Part shown: positions 41,350 through 51,147 of the stretch, one piece after another | Layout of the letters: each line of letters opens with the position of its first letter | How positions within the stretch are numbered: position 1 is the first letter of the stretch | Assembly (NCBI GenBank): GCA_965217845.1 | Contig: OZ244573.1 | Coordinates: forward strand, 688,806 to 752,805 | Origin: Chloroflexota bacterium | GTDB taxonomy: Bacteria > Chloroflexota > UBA11872 > VXNJ01 | Reading direction: 5' to 3' | Length of the DNA: 64,000 nucleotides | Notes under the pieces: generated by a model | The model's database searches: none | What the model saw: only the letters and a program-made list of their open reading frames with translations | Told to the model about the DNA's origin: nothing | Translations under genes and position numbers: made by a program

Positions 41350-41922
41350 TTCAGACCGCCGCCCCGGTGGCGCTATGGCGGGCCGATCAGCGCAAGCCGG
41401 CCGAGTAGGCGGTTTCGCTCCGGCATTGTCAAGATTTGGGGCCTTCTTGACCGCGGAGCCGTCGGCATGCGGGCGCAAGACCCGATGGGGCTCGAATCGA
41501 TGATCCCGCGGGCGCTGGACCGGGGGCCCCGGTAATCATCGATGTGCCGATTTCGGAGACGCCGATTACGCGGGCCCATTTTCTGGCCTCGTTGCCCAAC
41601 CTGCCTGGGACGCACCCTCAGGATGGGTTGATCGCGCCCTAGGTTGGCCCGTGTCAACCCGGGCGATTGGTTAAATCGCAATCGGCACCGCGGCGCGTGC
41701 TTTCATCGCGTCCGCAGTTTTAGCGGCTCCGGGCGGGCTTTCGACTGTGCGGGCGCCGGCCTATTTACAACCGACCCGCCTCGGTCCGTCGCGCCCGCAG
41801 CCTACCTGGTCGGGTTTCTTGACAATGCGCGGCCTGCAGTTGGAGCGAGCGTGTCCCGACGGGTGATTGGATTGGAGATTCGAGCGGAGATCTAGCCAGG
41901 GGCGGGAAGAGCGGCAGCGTAT

Positions 41923-42200
41923 GTGATCGTGGAAGTCGAAATCACCAACCCCCAGCGATACGGCCAATTCATTGAGCGCGTAACGCCGACCGTCGCCGCC
42001 AAGGGCGGGCAACTTGTCGTCGGCGCGGGCGCGATCTCAAGGAAGTGGAGGGCGATTGGCATCCACCCCGGTTGGCGGTTGTGCAGTTTCCCCAAATGGC
42101 GCAGGTGCGGGCGTGGTTGGAATCACCCGAATTCCGGCAATTGGAACCACTTCGTAAGAGCTCTTCAAATCTCAATATCGTGGCTGTCGAAGGGGCCTGA
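41923..42200 (+). pseudogene. DUF1330-family protein, interrupted by a frameshift
   Basis: The N-terminus MIVEVEITNPQRYGQFIERVTPTVAAKGGQLVVGAGA matches DUF1330. The conserved continuation ...DLKEVEGDWHPPRLAVVQFPQMAQVRAWLESPEFRQLEPLRKSSSNLNIVAVEGA is in the +2 frame after the GC run at 42021-42036. Confidence 0.65.
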
Positions 42201-42430
42201 ACGCTAACTGGTGACAGGGCCAGTGCCGGACACGACGTGACCGGCGGCCGGCGCCGAATAGAACCCTTGGCCTATCCGCCGGCGGCAACGTCTGGCAGTG
42301 TCCCGGCTGGCCCGGATTCGGCAACAAGCGACAGTCACCCCCACGCCGGGAGCACGCGGGTGGGGCGGCGGCCTGGAGGGCGCTGATTTGGGGGCCGCGA
42401 GCTTCCTTCACGGCAACCCCTGTCCGAGCG

Positions 42431-43366
42431 CTAGCGGGGGCTGAATATCCCGGCGCCCACGATTGCCTCGCCGACACGCACCACCCAACTTTGCTTGTCC
42501 TGGATTTCGCCGGTGTGCGGGTTCTGGTAACCGTAGAAGATCCATTCGCCATCGCCGTCGGCGCGGGAGCGCATCTCTTGGGCTATCTTGGCGCCGGTGT
42601 AGTCGGTTAGATCCGCCAAACTGGTGCCGACCAATTCCGGTTCCGCCTGGGTGGCCAGTGAAACCAGATCGCGGGCCCGAACTGCGAACACGTAGGATTC
42701 GCCGCGGTTGAACCGCGCTTCAGATTGAATGGTTTTGGCCGGATCGGGGTCTAAATTCCAAACTGAGACTGCGTCGGCGACGATGTGCTTTACAAAGCGG
42801 GGTTCGTCCAGGTAGTAGCCGGCACCGAAGATGAGCCCATCGTCAATGCGACGCACGTAGGCGCGCTTTGGTTCGCTCTGTCCGGTAACCGGGTTTGTGA
42901 ACCGGAAAATGTCCCAGCCGCCGTCCTCGGTGGCGCGCTGCAGCAATTCCTGCAGGAACGGGTACCCATCGGAGTCGACCGATTCGTAAAGGTCCTCGCC
43001 GATCAAGCCGGTGTTGGCCGCGTGGGCCACGATTACGCCGCTGGCGTCGGACACAAATATGTACAGTTCACCAATCCGCCAAGGCCCCTGGGGATCCGAT
43101 ATCGCTTCCAGCGTCCCGTCTGGGTCCTGATCGTAGGCGGCGATTGCGGCTTCGGTCAGGGCGAGGGCGGCATCGGCCTGCACCGCTTCGGCCGCATCCA
43201 GTTCCGGCTCCGGGACCGGGCCGCCGGGTTCACAAGCGCTCAGAGACATGGCCGCCAGGGCCGCGACACATACCAACCAGAAAAGCTGCTGGCGGCAGAT
43301 CAGCTTTGCTCTTGACACGTCCCTGGAACTCCTTGGGCGAATGCGGCGGGATGCTCGCGCCCGCAA
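42431..43366 (-). CDS. secreted lipoprotein with tandem Cache (sCache_2-like) ligand-binding domains, no output domain
   Basis: 311 aa with signal plus lipobox (AAMSLSACEPG) and two repeats of a Cache-like module (WRIGELYIFVSDASGVIVAHAANTGLIGEDLYE ... GEWIFYGYQNPHTGEIQDKQSWVVRV). Confidence 0.6.
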   Translation of the reverse strand: MRARASRRIRPRSSRDVSRAKLICRQQLFWLVCVAALAAMSLSACEPGGPVPEPELDAAEAVQADAALALTEAAIAAYDQDPDGTLEAISDPQGPWRIGELYIFVSDASGVIVAHAANTGLIGEDLYESVDSDGYPFLQELLQRATEDGGWDIFRFTNPVTGQSEPKRAYVRRIDDGLIFGAGYYLDEPRFVKHIVADAVSVWNLDPDPAKTIQSEARFNRGESYVFAVRARDLVSLATQAEPELVGTSLADLTDYTGAKIAQEMRSRADGDGEWIFYGYQNPHTGEIQDKQSWVVRVGEAIVGAGIFSPR

Positions 43367-43510
43367 TTATTGACCCGGAATTACCTCAAATGCCGACCCT
43401 TAGGGCGATCCCCGACGCGACGCCAATCCATAAAATTTCCCAGCCGGTGGACCAGCAGCTCTGCTTTCAGGCGGATGTATTGGCCGGGTCGAGATTGCGG
43501 TAGTGAAGCG

Positions 43511-44308
43511 ATGTTGGCACCGCTGGCAGGGGTATCAACCGAGCCTTTGGATTCCACCCTGGCCGATTCACCGCGTTACGCCGTATTCGGCGACGTGCAC
43601 GCCAACCTGACCGCGCTGCAAGCCGTTCTTGCCGATATCGACCGTCACGGCAGCTTCAACGCGATCATCTCCAACGGCGATCAGCTGGTCGGCGGACCGC
43701 GCCCGCTCGAGGTCTGGGACCTCCTGCAGCAGCGGCGGGCACTGATGCTGGTCGGCAATACCGAACGCGACCTGCTCCGGGGCGATGTCCCGCCGCCGCC
43801 GTGGGGATTGGCCAAGCGCGGCATGCTCAAGGCGGTCTTCTTCTATTGCCGCGACCTTCTCTCCGAAGAGCTGATCGGAGTGGCAGCGGGGCTGCCGTTC
43901 TCAATCCGGATCCGCGCTTATCCGGGTTCGCCGGTGCTGATGATCGTGCACGCCAACGCCAGCAACGTCGACGACTTCCTCACGCCCACGACATCGCCGC
44001 GCGTCTACAACCGCCTGCTCGGCAAGATCGAACGACCGCAGTTGCTGGTAACGGGACATATCCATTCACCCCAGGACGCCCTCATCGGTGGTGTGCGGGT
44101 GGTTCGACCCGGCAGCGTCGGGCTCAAATACGAGCGTGAGGTCCAGCACCTTGCCAACTGGCTCGAGGTCTGGTTCGACCGCGCCAGCGATGCCTGGGTT
44201 TTCAATCTGCACCAGGTCGAATGGGAAAACGAGTTGGAGATCGAGGTCGGCCGCCGGCTCGACTACCCGGGGGTCACAATCCTGCCCGGATACTGGCAAT
44301 TCGAGTAG
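43511..44308 (+). CDS. metallophosphoesterase (calcineurin-like phosphoesterase)
   Basis: ATG 43511 gives an MPP with motifs GDVHAN, SNGDQL, GNTE and TGHIH. The upstream part of the track ORF is low-complexity read-through. Confidence 0.8.
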   Translation: MLAPLAGVSTEPLDSTLADSPRYAVFGDVHANLTALQAVLADIDRHGSFNAIISNGDQLVGGPRPLEVWDLLQQRRALMLVGNTERDLLRGDVPPPPWGLAKRGMLKAVFFYCRDLLSEELIGVAAGLPFSIRIRAYPGSPVLMIVHANASNVDDFLTPTTSPRVYNRLLGKIERPQLLVTGHIHSPQDALIGGVRVVRPGSVGLKYEREVQHLANWLEVWFDRASDAWVFNLHQVEWENELEIEVGRRLDYPGVTILPGYWQFE

Positions 44309-44361
44309 GCCCGCCACCACCGTCGCGCGCCCCGCGCAACCTGGCCCTGGCCCTGGCCGAA

Positions 44362-44676
44362 GTGCTGGGCGGATTCCTGCTGGGCCTGGCGGTGCTGGGC
44401 GGGATCGCCTCCCTGGGGGCGCTGCTGCTGGCGAGCATCTTCCTGGATACCACCGAACCGTCAACGCGCTGGCCGCTGGTCGTCGGAGCGCTTGCAATCA
44501 CCGGACTGGTCCTGGGCCGCAGCTATGGGTTTGAGGCGCGGATGTTTCTGGTTCGGCGCGGCTATAAGGTCAAACTCGGGGTGGCACCACCGTTTTCGTT
44601 GATCGAAGAGATTCGAACGGCCGAGGCCGAACGATCCGAATCGCTCGACCCCAGTTCACCACAACCCAAGAGATAG
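44362..44676 (+). CDS. hypothetical small membrane protein (2 TM)
   Basis: A GTG at 44362 follows the phosphoesterase stop. Two hydrophobic helices, no family match. Confidence 0.3.
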   Translation: MLGGFLLGLAVLGGIASLGALLLASIFLDTTEPSTRWPLVVGALAITGLVLGRSYGFEARMFLVRRGYKVKLGVAPPFSLIEEIRTAEAERSESLDPSSPQPKR

Positions 44677-44686
44677 GACGGAGCGG

Positions 44687-45118
44687 ATGCTCAAGGGAAT
44701 CAATCCGCTACTGAACGCTGATCTGCTCTACACCCTCATGGCGATGGGGCATGGCGATGACCTGGTGATCGTGGATGCCAATTTCCCGGACACGGCCAAC
44801 GCTGAGCGCCTGGTGCGGCTAGACGGCAACAGCGCCACCGAAGTCCTGGCGGCGGTGCTCACGCTCCTGCCGCTGGATACGTTTGTCGAAAACCCCTGCG
44901 CCACAATGGCCCCGGTCGACGGCGGCCCGAAACCCGAAATCGTGATCGAATTCGAGCAGATCGCGGCTGCCGCCGAAGGCCGCCCGGTAGGGTTCGAACA
45001 GGTGGATCGCTTTGATTTCTACGAGCGCGCAGCCGACAGCTTTGCCATCGTTTCCACCAGTGAACGGCGCCTGTACGGCAATGTGATCGTCAAGAAGGGC
45101 ATCATTCCGCCCGACTGA
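44687..45118 (+). CDS. RbsD/FucU-family sugar mutarotase/pyranase
   Basis: 143 aa. N-terminal LKGINPLLNADLLYTLMAMGHGDDLVIVDANFP matches the RbsD/FucU fold, including the catalytic His. Confidence 0.8.
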   Translation: MLKGINPLLNADLLYTLMAMGHGDDLVIVDANFPDTANAERLVRLDGNSATEVLAAVLTLLPLDTFVENPCATMAPVDGGPKPEIVIEFEQIAAAAEGRPVGFEQVDRFDFYERAADSFAIVSTSERRLYGNVIVKKGIIPPD

Positions 45119-45147
45119 GTTCGGTCCGGTAACCGCAGCCCAAGGAT

Positions 45148-46098
45148 TTGCCAATTCCCCTTTACATCAACGAAGCCGAAGTCGATTCGCTTCTGGACAT
45201 GGAATCGGCGCTGGCCGCCGTCGATGGCGTCCAGGGTCGAATCGCTACCGGGGAGGCGGTGAATCTGCCGCGGCGTCGCATCCAGCAATCGGGGCGCACC
45301 CTGCACCTGATGGCCGCCAGCGACGAAGGCTGCGGATTTGCCGGTCACAAGTCCTACTTGGCGGCTGCGAGCGGGATCGCCTTCTGCGTGCTGCTCTATG
45401 AGATCGCCAGCGGCGGCCTGGCGGCGATCATCGAGGCCAATCGATTGGGCCAGCTGCGAACCGGCGCCGCCAGCGGCGTGGCCAGCCGCTACCTGGCCCG
45501 GCCCGAATCAAGCGTTCTCGGGATCATCGGCGGCGGCTTCCAGGCGCGGACCCAGGTGGAGGCAATCTGCCGGGTGCTGCCGATCGCCACGGTGCGGGCC
45601 TACCGCCGCGACCGGCACAAGCTGGAGCGGTTCTGCGCCGAAATCTCAGAGCTCTGCAACGTAACTGCAATCGCGGCCGAATCGGCGACTGCGGCCAGCG
45701 CCGACGCCGACGTGATCGTGACCGCGACCAACTCCTCCGATCCGGTCCTGGACGGCTATCTGCATGCGGGTGTGCACGTAAATGCGATGGGTTCCAACCG
45801 CGCCGGTTCCGCCGAGTTGGCGCCAATTACGGTCGGCGCATGCGGCCGCGTGGTCTGCGACGACATCTCCCAGGCGCGGGTCGAAAGCGGCGACCTGATA
45901 GGTGCCAACGCCGCCGGTACGTTCTCCTGGGGCACCGCCGTCGCGCTCGGCGACGTTATTGCCGGCAAGGCGCCGGGGCGGACCCGGCCCGACGAGAAGA
46001 CCCTGTTTGAATCGCTGGGCATAGCCGCCTGGGACATTGCCGCGGCCGCGGTCGTGCTCGAACGCGCTCGGGAGCGGGACCTGGGACGCGCGATCTGA
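45148..46098 (+). CDS. ornithine cyclodeaminase / mu-crystallin family protein
   Basis: 316 aa with a Rossmann GxGxxA region (LGIIGGGFQARTQ) and OCD-family N- and C-terminal segments. Confidence 0.8.
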   Translation: MPIPLYINEAEVDSLLDMESALAAVDGVQGRIATGEAVNLPRRRIQQSGRTLHLMAASDEGCGFAGHKSYLAAASGIAFCVLLYEIASGGLAAIIEANRLGQLRTGAASGVASRYLARPESSVLGIIGGGFQARTQVEAICRVLPIATVRAYRRDRHKLERFCAEISELCNVTAIAAESATAASADADVIVTATNSSDPVLDGYLHAGVHVNAMGSNRAGSAELAPITVGACGRVVCDDISQARVESGDLIGANAAGTFSWGTAVALGDVIAGKAPGRTRPDEKTLFESLGIAAWDIAAAAVVLERARERDLGRAI

Positions 46099-46188
46099 AC
46101 CAACCCATCGCCACCGCTTGGCGGGCGAATCTGCCGGCGGCGGCTTCCCCTAAAATCGCCCGCTCCGCCGACCGCTTTTAGCGGCCCC

Positions 46189-46261
46189 GCCCCCATCGTC
46201 TAGTGGACTAGGATGACACCCTTTCAAGGTGTAGACAGGGATTCGAACTCCCTTGGGGGCA
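46189..46261 (+). tRNA. tRNA-Glu (anticodon UUC)
   Basis: Cloverleaf: acceptor GCCCCCA/UGGGGGC, anticodon stem ACACC/GGUGU with loop CUUUCAA, T-arm AGGGA-UUCGAAC-UCCCU, discriminator A. The 3' CC is encoded but not the terminal A. Confidence 0.85.
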
Positions 46262-46300
46262 CCGGGCGGCGCGGTCACGGCAGTGGCGCGGAGACCTTGA

Positions 46301-47545
46301 TCAGGCTTGGAAAATGCGCACGTCTTGGCGCAGCGCGACCCACGAGAACCAGAAATCGTTGCCGTGCACGACCGGGGGCAATGCCCGTCCCTTGAACTGG
46401 CCCGCGGTGGCTATTCCGAGCGAATTCCAGGAGCTGCCGGTCGCATCGTCGACGATGCGATCCCCGCCGAGCGCAAAGCCAAGGTCTTTTCCGTCCAGGC
46501 GCGGCCTAAATACCCCCGCGGCGCCGACGTCGCGACCCTCGGCGATGGTCTCGGCCCCCAGCGCCGAAGCCGTCCCCGGGGTGAAAAAGACAACGATGTC
46601 CTCGCCGCCGACGCGGTCATGGACCACCCGCAGCTGCGACAGGGTGGAGAAGGGGTAGGCGACGTTTTCGGCTCCTACCGTTACTACGATCACGCGTTCG
46701 GTGGCCGGCAGCCGTTCATCGAGTTCGTCGAAGAAGAGGAACGGTTTGCGCGTTCCGGAGTCGTAGCCGACGTAGGGATTGCGACCGTAGCGGCGTCCGT
46801 AGCCGGTGTCCTCGGAAAGCACCAGGCCTTCGGCAAAACTCTCGCGGTAGGTGGAAAACGATGAGATCGCCATCGGCAGGAACGCCAGCCGCCATCCGGT
46901 GAACGATCCCACGATCGCCTCGCCGGTGGACTGCTGCCACCATGACTCGCTGACGTCGTCCCACATCAGCAGGTTGGAAGCGCGCAGATTGGCGCTGACG
47001 CCCATCCGTAGCGTCTGGTCCCGAACCTGGCGGCGAAATCCGATCGCGGTGTTGCACAGCGGGCAGAAGGTGGCTGCGACCGGTATCCCGGCCAATTCGT
47101 CGTTGACGATCTCGTGATAGGTCAGGATCCGCAGCGGATAGGCGCGCACCTGATCGCCCACCTGCAGCACCGCCACCGGTTCATTTCCGGGCAGGTCGGC
47201 GGAAGCCTGTTCGGCGGGTACGAATTTGGGTTCATCGATCGGCGGGATGATGTCGCGCTTAAGCGCCGCCTGAGTGATTTCGGAGAGGTGCACCGATTTG
47301 ATCGAAAAATCAGTCACCCAGCCGCCACCGGTCCAGTCCTGGACGGCATCGCGTTCGTCATCGCCCAGCGGCACCAGCACCACCTGGGAATGGACCGCCC
47401 CGCCGGGGTCGCCTGCCACCGGCGTGGAATCGGGGACCGGGTCAGGCCCCTGCGGCAGATCAGCCGGAGCCGGTGGTGGGGTCGCGGTATCGACCGCAGC
47501 GGGCGGTGTCGCCACCGGCTCGCCACAGGCGGCCAGTAATGTCAT
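46301..47545 (-). CDS. DUF3179-domain protein (probable Tat-exported lipoprotein; true start likely upstream of first ATG)
   Basis: 414 aa from ATG 47545 with a DUF3179 core (IPPIDEPKFV ... TFCPLCNTAIGF). The in-frame upstream sequence encodes a convincing twin-arginine lipoprotein signal (RQNRRRLLLGAGA-MTLLAAC) but contains no ATG/GTG/TTG. The only candidate is CTG at 47605. Confidence 0.65.
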   Translation of the reverse strand: MTLLAACGEPVATPPAAVDTATPPPAPADLPQGPDPVPDSTPVAGDPGGAVHSQVVLVPLGDDERDAVQDWTGGGWVTDFSIKSVHLSEITQAALKRDIIPPIDEPKFVPAEQASADLPGNEPVAVLQVGDQVRAYPLRILTYHEIVNDELAGIPVAATFCPLCNTAIGFRRQVRDQTLRMGVSANLRASNLLMWDDVSESWWQQSTGEAIVGSFTGWRLAFLPMAISSFSTYRESFAEGLVLSEDTGYGRRYGRNPYVGYDSGTRKPFLFFDELDERLPATERVIVVTVGAENVAYPFSTLSQLRVVHDRVGGEDIVVFFTPGTASALGAETIAEGRDVGAAGVFRPRLDGKDLGFALGGDRIVDDATGSSWNSLGIATAGQFKGRALPPVVHGNDFWFSWVALRQDVRIFQA

Positions 47546-47586
47546 CGCCCCGGCACCTAGCAGCAGGCGCCGGCGGTTCTGGCGGA

Positions 47587-48011
47587 CTAGACGTTCTCGT
47601 GCCAGACCAGCACCGGGCAGTGGGCGTGCTTGAGCACGTGCGCGGCGGTCGTGCCCAGGTCGAAACCGACATCGCCGAGGAACTGGTGCGAGCCGATGAA
47701 GATCTCGCGCATGCCGCGTTCGCGGGCGTATTCAACGATCGCGCGGCCCGCGTCGCGCGACTGCTCGCAGTGCGTGATCACTCGCACTGAATCCGAATCA
47801 CCAAGCACCCGACTAACGCTCGCCAGCAGCTTCGCACCGGCCGCCAGTTGCTTGGCGGCGGCATTGTGGACGGGTCGGTCCCAGCCGACCTCGATCACAT
47901 GCAGGGCAACCAGGTTGACAGCCTCGGATTTGGCCCGTTGCGCGGCCAGCCGGATCATCTTGCGGTCGGCCGGCCGACCGGCAATGGCGACCAGTACGTC
48001 ACCGCGGCCAT
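47587..48011 (-). CDS. universal stress protein (UspA family), N-terminal region apparently frameshifted
   Basis: The C-terminal 123 aa (first in-frame ATG 47958) matches the Usp core. In-frame upstream sequence encodes the expected first beta-strand (GDVLVAIAG) but the nearest ATG (48011..48009) is in the +1 frame. A 1-nt indel in ggccgcgg would give MAAGDVLVAIAG. Confidence 0.6.
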
Positions 48012-48017
48012 CTCGAT

Positions 48018-49043
48018 TCAGCTGGCGAGATCCTCGTTGGCGGCCTGGCGGATGGCGCCCTCCAGCTCGACGGCGATTTCGCCGTTCTCTTTCAGGGTCT
48101 GCCGGGAACGTTCCCGGCCCAGTCCGAGTCGGACTTCGCCATAGGAGAGATAGGCTCCGGCCTTGGTAATCAGACCGTGCTCGAGGCCCAGGTCGATCAG
48201 ACCGGTCTCGCGCGAGATCCCCTCGTTGTAGAGGATGTCGAATTCGCAGGTCCTAAACGGCGCTGCGACCTTGTTTTTGACGACCCGCACGCGGGTGCGG
48301 TTGCCGACCACGGTGGTGCCGTTCTTGAGCGCCCCGATGCGGCGGATGTCGATCCGGACCGACGAATAGAACTTGAGCGCCCGCCCGCCCGGCGTGGTCT
48401 CGGGGCTGCCGAACATCACTCCGACGCGCTCGCGCAGCTGGTTGATGAAGACCACTGCGGTATTGGTGCGGGCGACGGTGGCAGTCATCTTGCGCAGCGC
48501 CTGCGACATCAGGCGCGCCTGCAGGCCCACGTGGGTGTCCCCCATCTGGCCCTCCAGTTCGGCCCGCGGCGTCAGCGCTGCGACCGAATCGATCACGATG
48601 ATGTCGAAGGCGTTGGAGCGCAGCAGTTCGTCGGCGATCTCGAGCGCTTCCTCGCCGCTGCCGGGCTGGGAGATGAAAAGCTCGTCGGCCAGGATTCCGC
48701 AGCGGACCGCGTAGCTGGGGTCGAAAGCGTGCTCGGCATCGATGATGGCCGCGTAACCTCCGGCCTTCTGGGCCTCGGCGATGATGTGCTGGGCCAAAGT
48801 CGTCTTGCCGGATGCCTCGGGTCCGAATATCTCGACGATTCGCCCGCGCGGGATGCCGCCGATACCCAGGGCCAGGTCAAGTGCCAGCGATCCGGTCGAG
48901 ATGGCCTCGACTTCCTGGTTCGGGCCTTCCGAAAGGAGCATGATGGCGCCCTGACCGAAGCGCTTGTTGATGCTGGCGACGGCGCTTTCGAGGGCGGAGT
49001 TGCCAGGTTCTTTCTTCGCTTTGGCCACGTGCCACTTCCCCAA
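48018..49043 (-). CDS. recA: recombinase RecA
   Basis: 341 aa with Walker [13 protein letters not shown]1/L2 loops ([37 protein letters not shown]), and a conserved core throughout. Confidence 0.95.
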   Translation of the reverse strand: MGKWHVAKAKKEPGNSALESAVASINKRFGQGAIMLLSEGPNQEVEAISTGSLALDLALGIGGIPRGRIVEIFGPEASGKTTLAQHIIAEAQKAGGYAAIIDAEHAFDPSYAVRCGILADELFISQPGSGEEALEIADELLRSNAFDIIVIDSVAALTPRAELEGQMGDTHVGLQARLMSQALRKMTATVARTNTAVVFINQLRERVGVMFGSPETTPGGRALKFYSSVRIDIRRIGALKNGTTVVGNRTRVRVVKNKVAAPFRTCEFDILYNEGISRETGLIDLGLEHGLITKAGAYLSYGEVRLGLGRERSRQTLKENGEIAVELEGAIRQAANEDLAS

Positions 49044-49133
49044 TTCGAGGGTGCCGAAATAGAATGGCGATGATCTATCGGATTATATAACAGATATATA
49101 ACACGGGATCCCCTAAGTATCTAATCGCAGGCT

Positions 49134-50186
49134 GTGTCGAGGCTGGTCATGAGTGAGTTGATGAAGGCTGTTCGGATCCATGCTCCGGGCGATCTGCGCC
49201 TCGACCAGGTCGCGGTGCCTGAGCTGGACCCGTTCGACGTGAAAATCGCCATCGCCCACACCGGCATCTGCGGGACCGACCTGCACATCTACGACGGCTG
49301 GCGGATGGGCCCGATGGTCACGCTACGGAATTTCCCGGCCGTCATCGGGCACGAGCTGGCGGGCACCGTCGTCGCGGTGGGCGAAGCGGTCACCACGCGC
49401 CGGGTTGGCGAGCGCGTGACCGTGCAGCCGCAGATCTATTGCGGCGTGTGCCTGATGTGCGAGCGCGGCAACGGCAATCTGTGCCGCAATAAGATCCGTT
49501 TCGCGCACGGCGGGTCATGGGCCGATTACCTGGTCGTGCACGAAAAGCAGGCCTACCTGCTGCCGAATATCGTCTCCACCGAGCTGGCGGCGCTGGCGGA
49601 GCCGTTGGGATGCGCGATGCGAGCGGTCGAACGCGCCGCGATGCGGCCCGGCGATAGGGTGTTCGTGACCGGCGGCGGAACCATCGGGTTGATGCTGGTA
49701 GCGCTGGCAAAGCGACTCGGCGCCAGCCTGGTGGCTTGCTCGGAGCCGGTGGCCGCGCGCCGCCAGCTCGCGCTGCGGCTCGGAGCCGACCTGGTGGTCG
49801 ATCCGGTAAACGAAGACCTCGGCCAGATAGTGGATTCGGCCACCGACGGCACTGGCTTTGATGTCTGCTTCGAAGCGGCCGGGCCGATCCCGGCCAGTGA
49901 GGCCTGCCTGGGCGCGGTCCGCGACGGCGGCACGGTGATATTTATTGCGATCTCGCACCCCGACTCGCATCTCAGCATCCGCCCGATGGACGTGGTTCTG
50001 CGCGAAATCGAGATCCGCGGCACGGTGCTGATGCAAAGCAACATGGAAAGCGTGCTGCGACTGCTGCCCCAGCTTGGCCTGGATCCCATGATCACCCACG
50101 TGCTGCCACTGGCCCAAGCACCGGAGGCGATTCTTATGTGCAAGCGCGGCGAGGCTACCAAGGTCCTGTTCGAGCCCGCCCTCTGA
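49134..50186 (+). CDS. zinc-dependent alcohol dehydrogenase (MDR; sorbitol/threonine dehydrogenase-like)
   Basis: 350 aa with catalytic Zn motif GICGTDLHIY...GHELAG, structural Zn Cys cluster CGVCLMCERGNGNLC, and Rossmann VTGGGTIG. The true start may be the internal MKAVRI (49161). Confidence 0.85.
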   Translation: MSRLVMSELMKAVRIHAPGDLRLDQVAVPELDPFDVKIAIAHTGICGTDLHIYDGWRMGPMVTLRNFPAVIGHELAGTVVAVGEAVTTRRVGERVTVQPQIYCGVCLMCERGNGNLCRNKIRFAHGGSWADYLVVHEKQAYLLPNIVSTELAALAEPLGCAMRAVERAAMRPGDRVFVTGGGTIGLMLVALAKRLGASLVACSEPVAARRQLALRLGADLVVDPVNEDLGQIVDSATDGTGFDVCFEAAGPIPASEACLGAVRDGGTVIFIAISHPDSHLSIRPMDVVLREIEIRGTVLMQSNMESVLRLLPQLGLDPMITHVLPLAQAPEAILMCKRGEATKVLFEPAL

Positions 50187-50320
50187 TTTGCCGGCGCCGC
50201 AACCACCGGGCCGGCGCAAATAATCTGCCCATTGGCTGCAGCCGCACTTTGGTCCGCGGCAATATTCGGCCAACCAACAATTGACCCGGGCCGGATCAGG
50301 TCGGCAGAACCAGTGCATGG

Positions 50321-50770
50321 ATGGGAGCGGTCGTGATCTTGGTACGACGTCCGGTGGGCGCATATCTGGTCCTGGTGGGGCTGGCGGTTGCGATTCACTT
50401 TGTCGCCACCCAGTTCTACGACCCCCCAATCAGCGGCGATTCGGTGGACATTTGGCCGGCGCTCGACGCCCTCATGGCGGTCGCGTTGGTGATCGTGCTG
50501 GCGACTGCGATCCGACGCAAGCAGATGCTCCCCGTCTCATCCGGCGGCCGGGAGGCTACGCGCGAGTACCTGGTTAGCAAATTTCGTTTTCTATTTCGGG
50601 ACCGCGTTGCTGTCCATACTCCTATGGAATTGGGCTGGCGTCGCCATTGCCGACGCCCGCAGCGATGACGGCACCATCTGGGCTTTGATCGATACGGCTT
50701 TGCCGCTTTACATAGGCCAGGCTGGACTCCGTCTGCTGCTGGCAAAGGCACCGCCTTGGGCCGACAGCTG
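50321..50770 (+). pseudogene. small polytopic membrane protein, frameshifted
   Basis: The 115-aa ORF ends shortly after a frameshift near the aaattt run (~50578-50583). The +1 frame continues as a convincing TM helix and tail (ANFVFYFGTALLSILLWNWAGVAIADARSDDGTIWALIDTALPLYIGQAGLRLLLAKAPPWADS) to the stop at 50768-50770. Confidence 0.5.
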
Positions 50771-51147
50771 AACTTGATCGACTAGGGGTCCGATCGACCG
50801 CGATCCCGGTCAAATGGCCCTGCCCAATCCGCGCGCACTCAAACCTGAAACGCCCGTCGGCGCGCCAATTGCCGACCTGCCAATCCCGATCCGCCGCGAT
50901 CACAATCCGGATCGCGATTTCATATGGTTTTGCAATCATGTTGGTGCCGAAAAACCGGAGCGAAATTACGGATTGCAACCGCCCGACTTGATTTCCGTTA
51001 CATATGGGTATCTGCTGGTCCAACGCACATGGTATGCAGGTATTGATATATCGGTTCGTAGGGTTTAATATTTGCTACGAGAATTGATTCATGGTGCATT
51101 GTTTATGGAGCAAACAGCACCGTAATTGCAGTTAGTGAAGGATTCAT

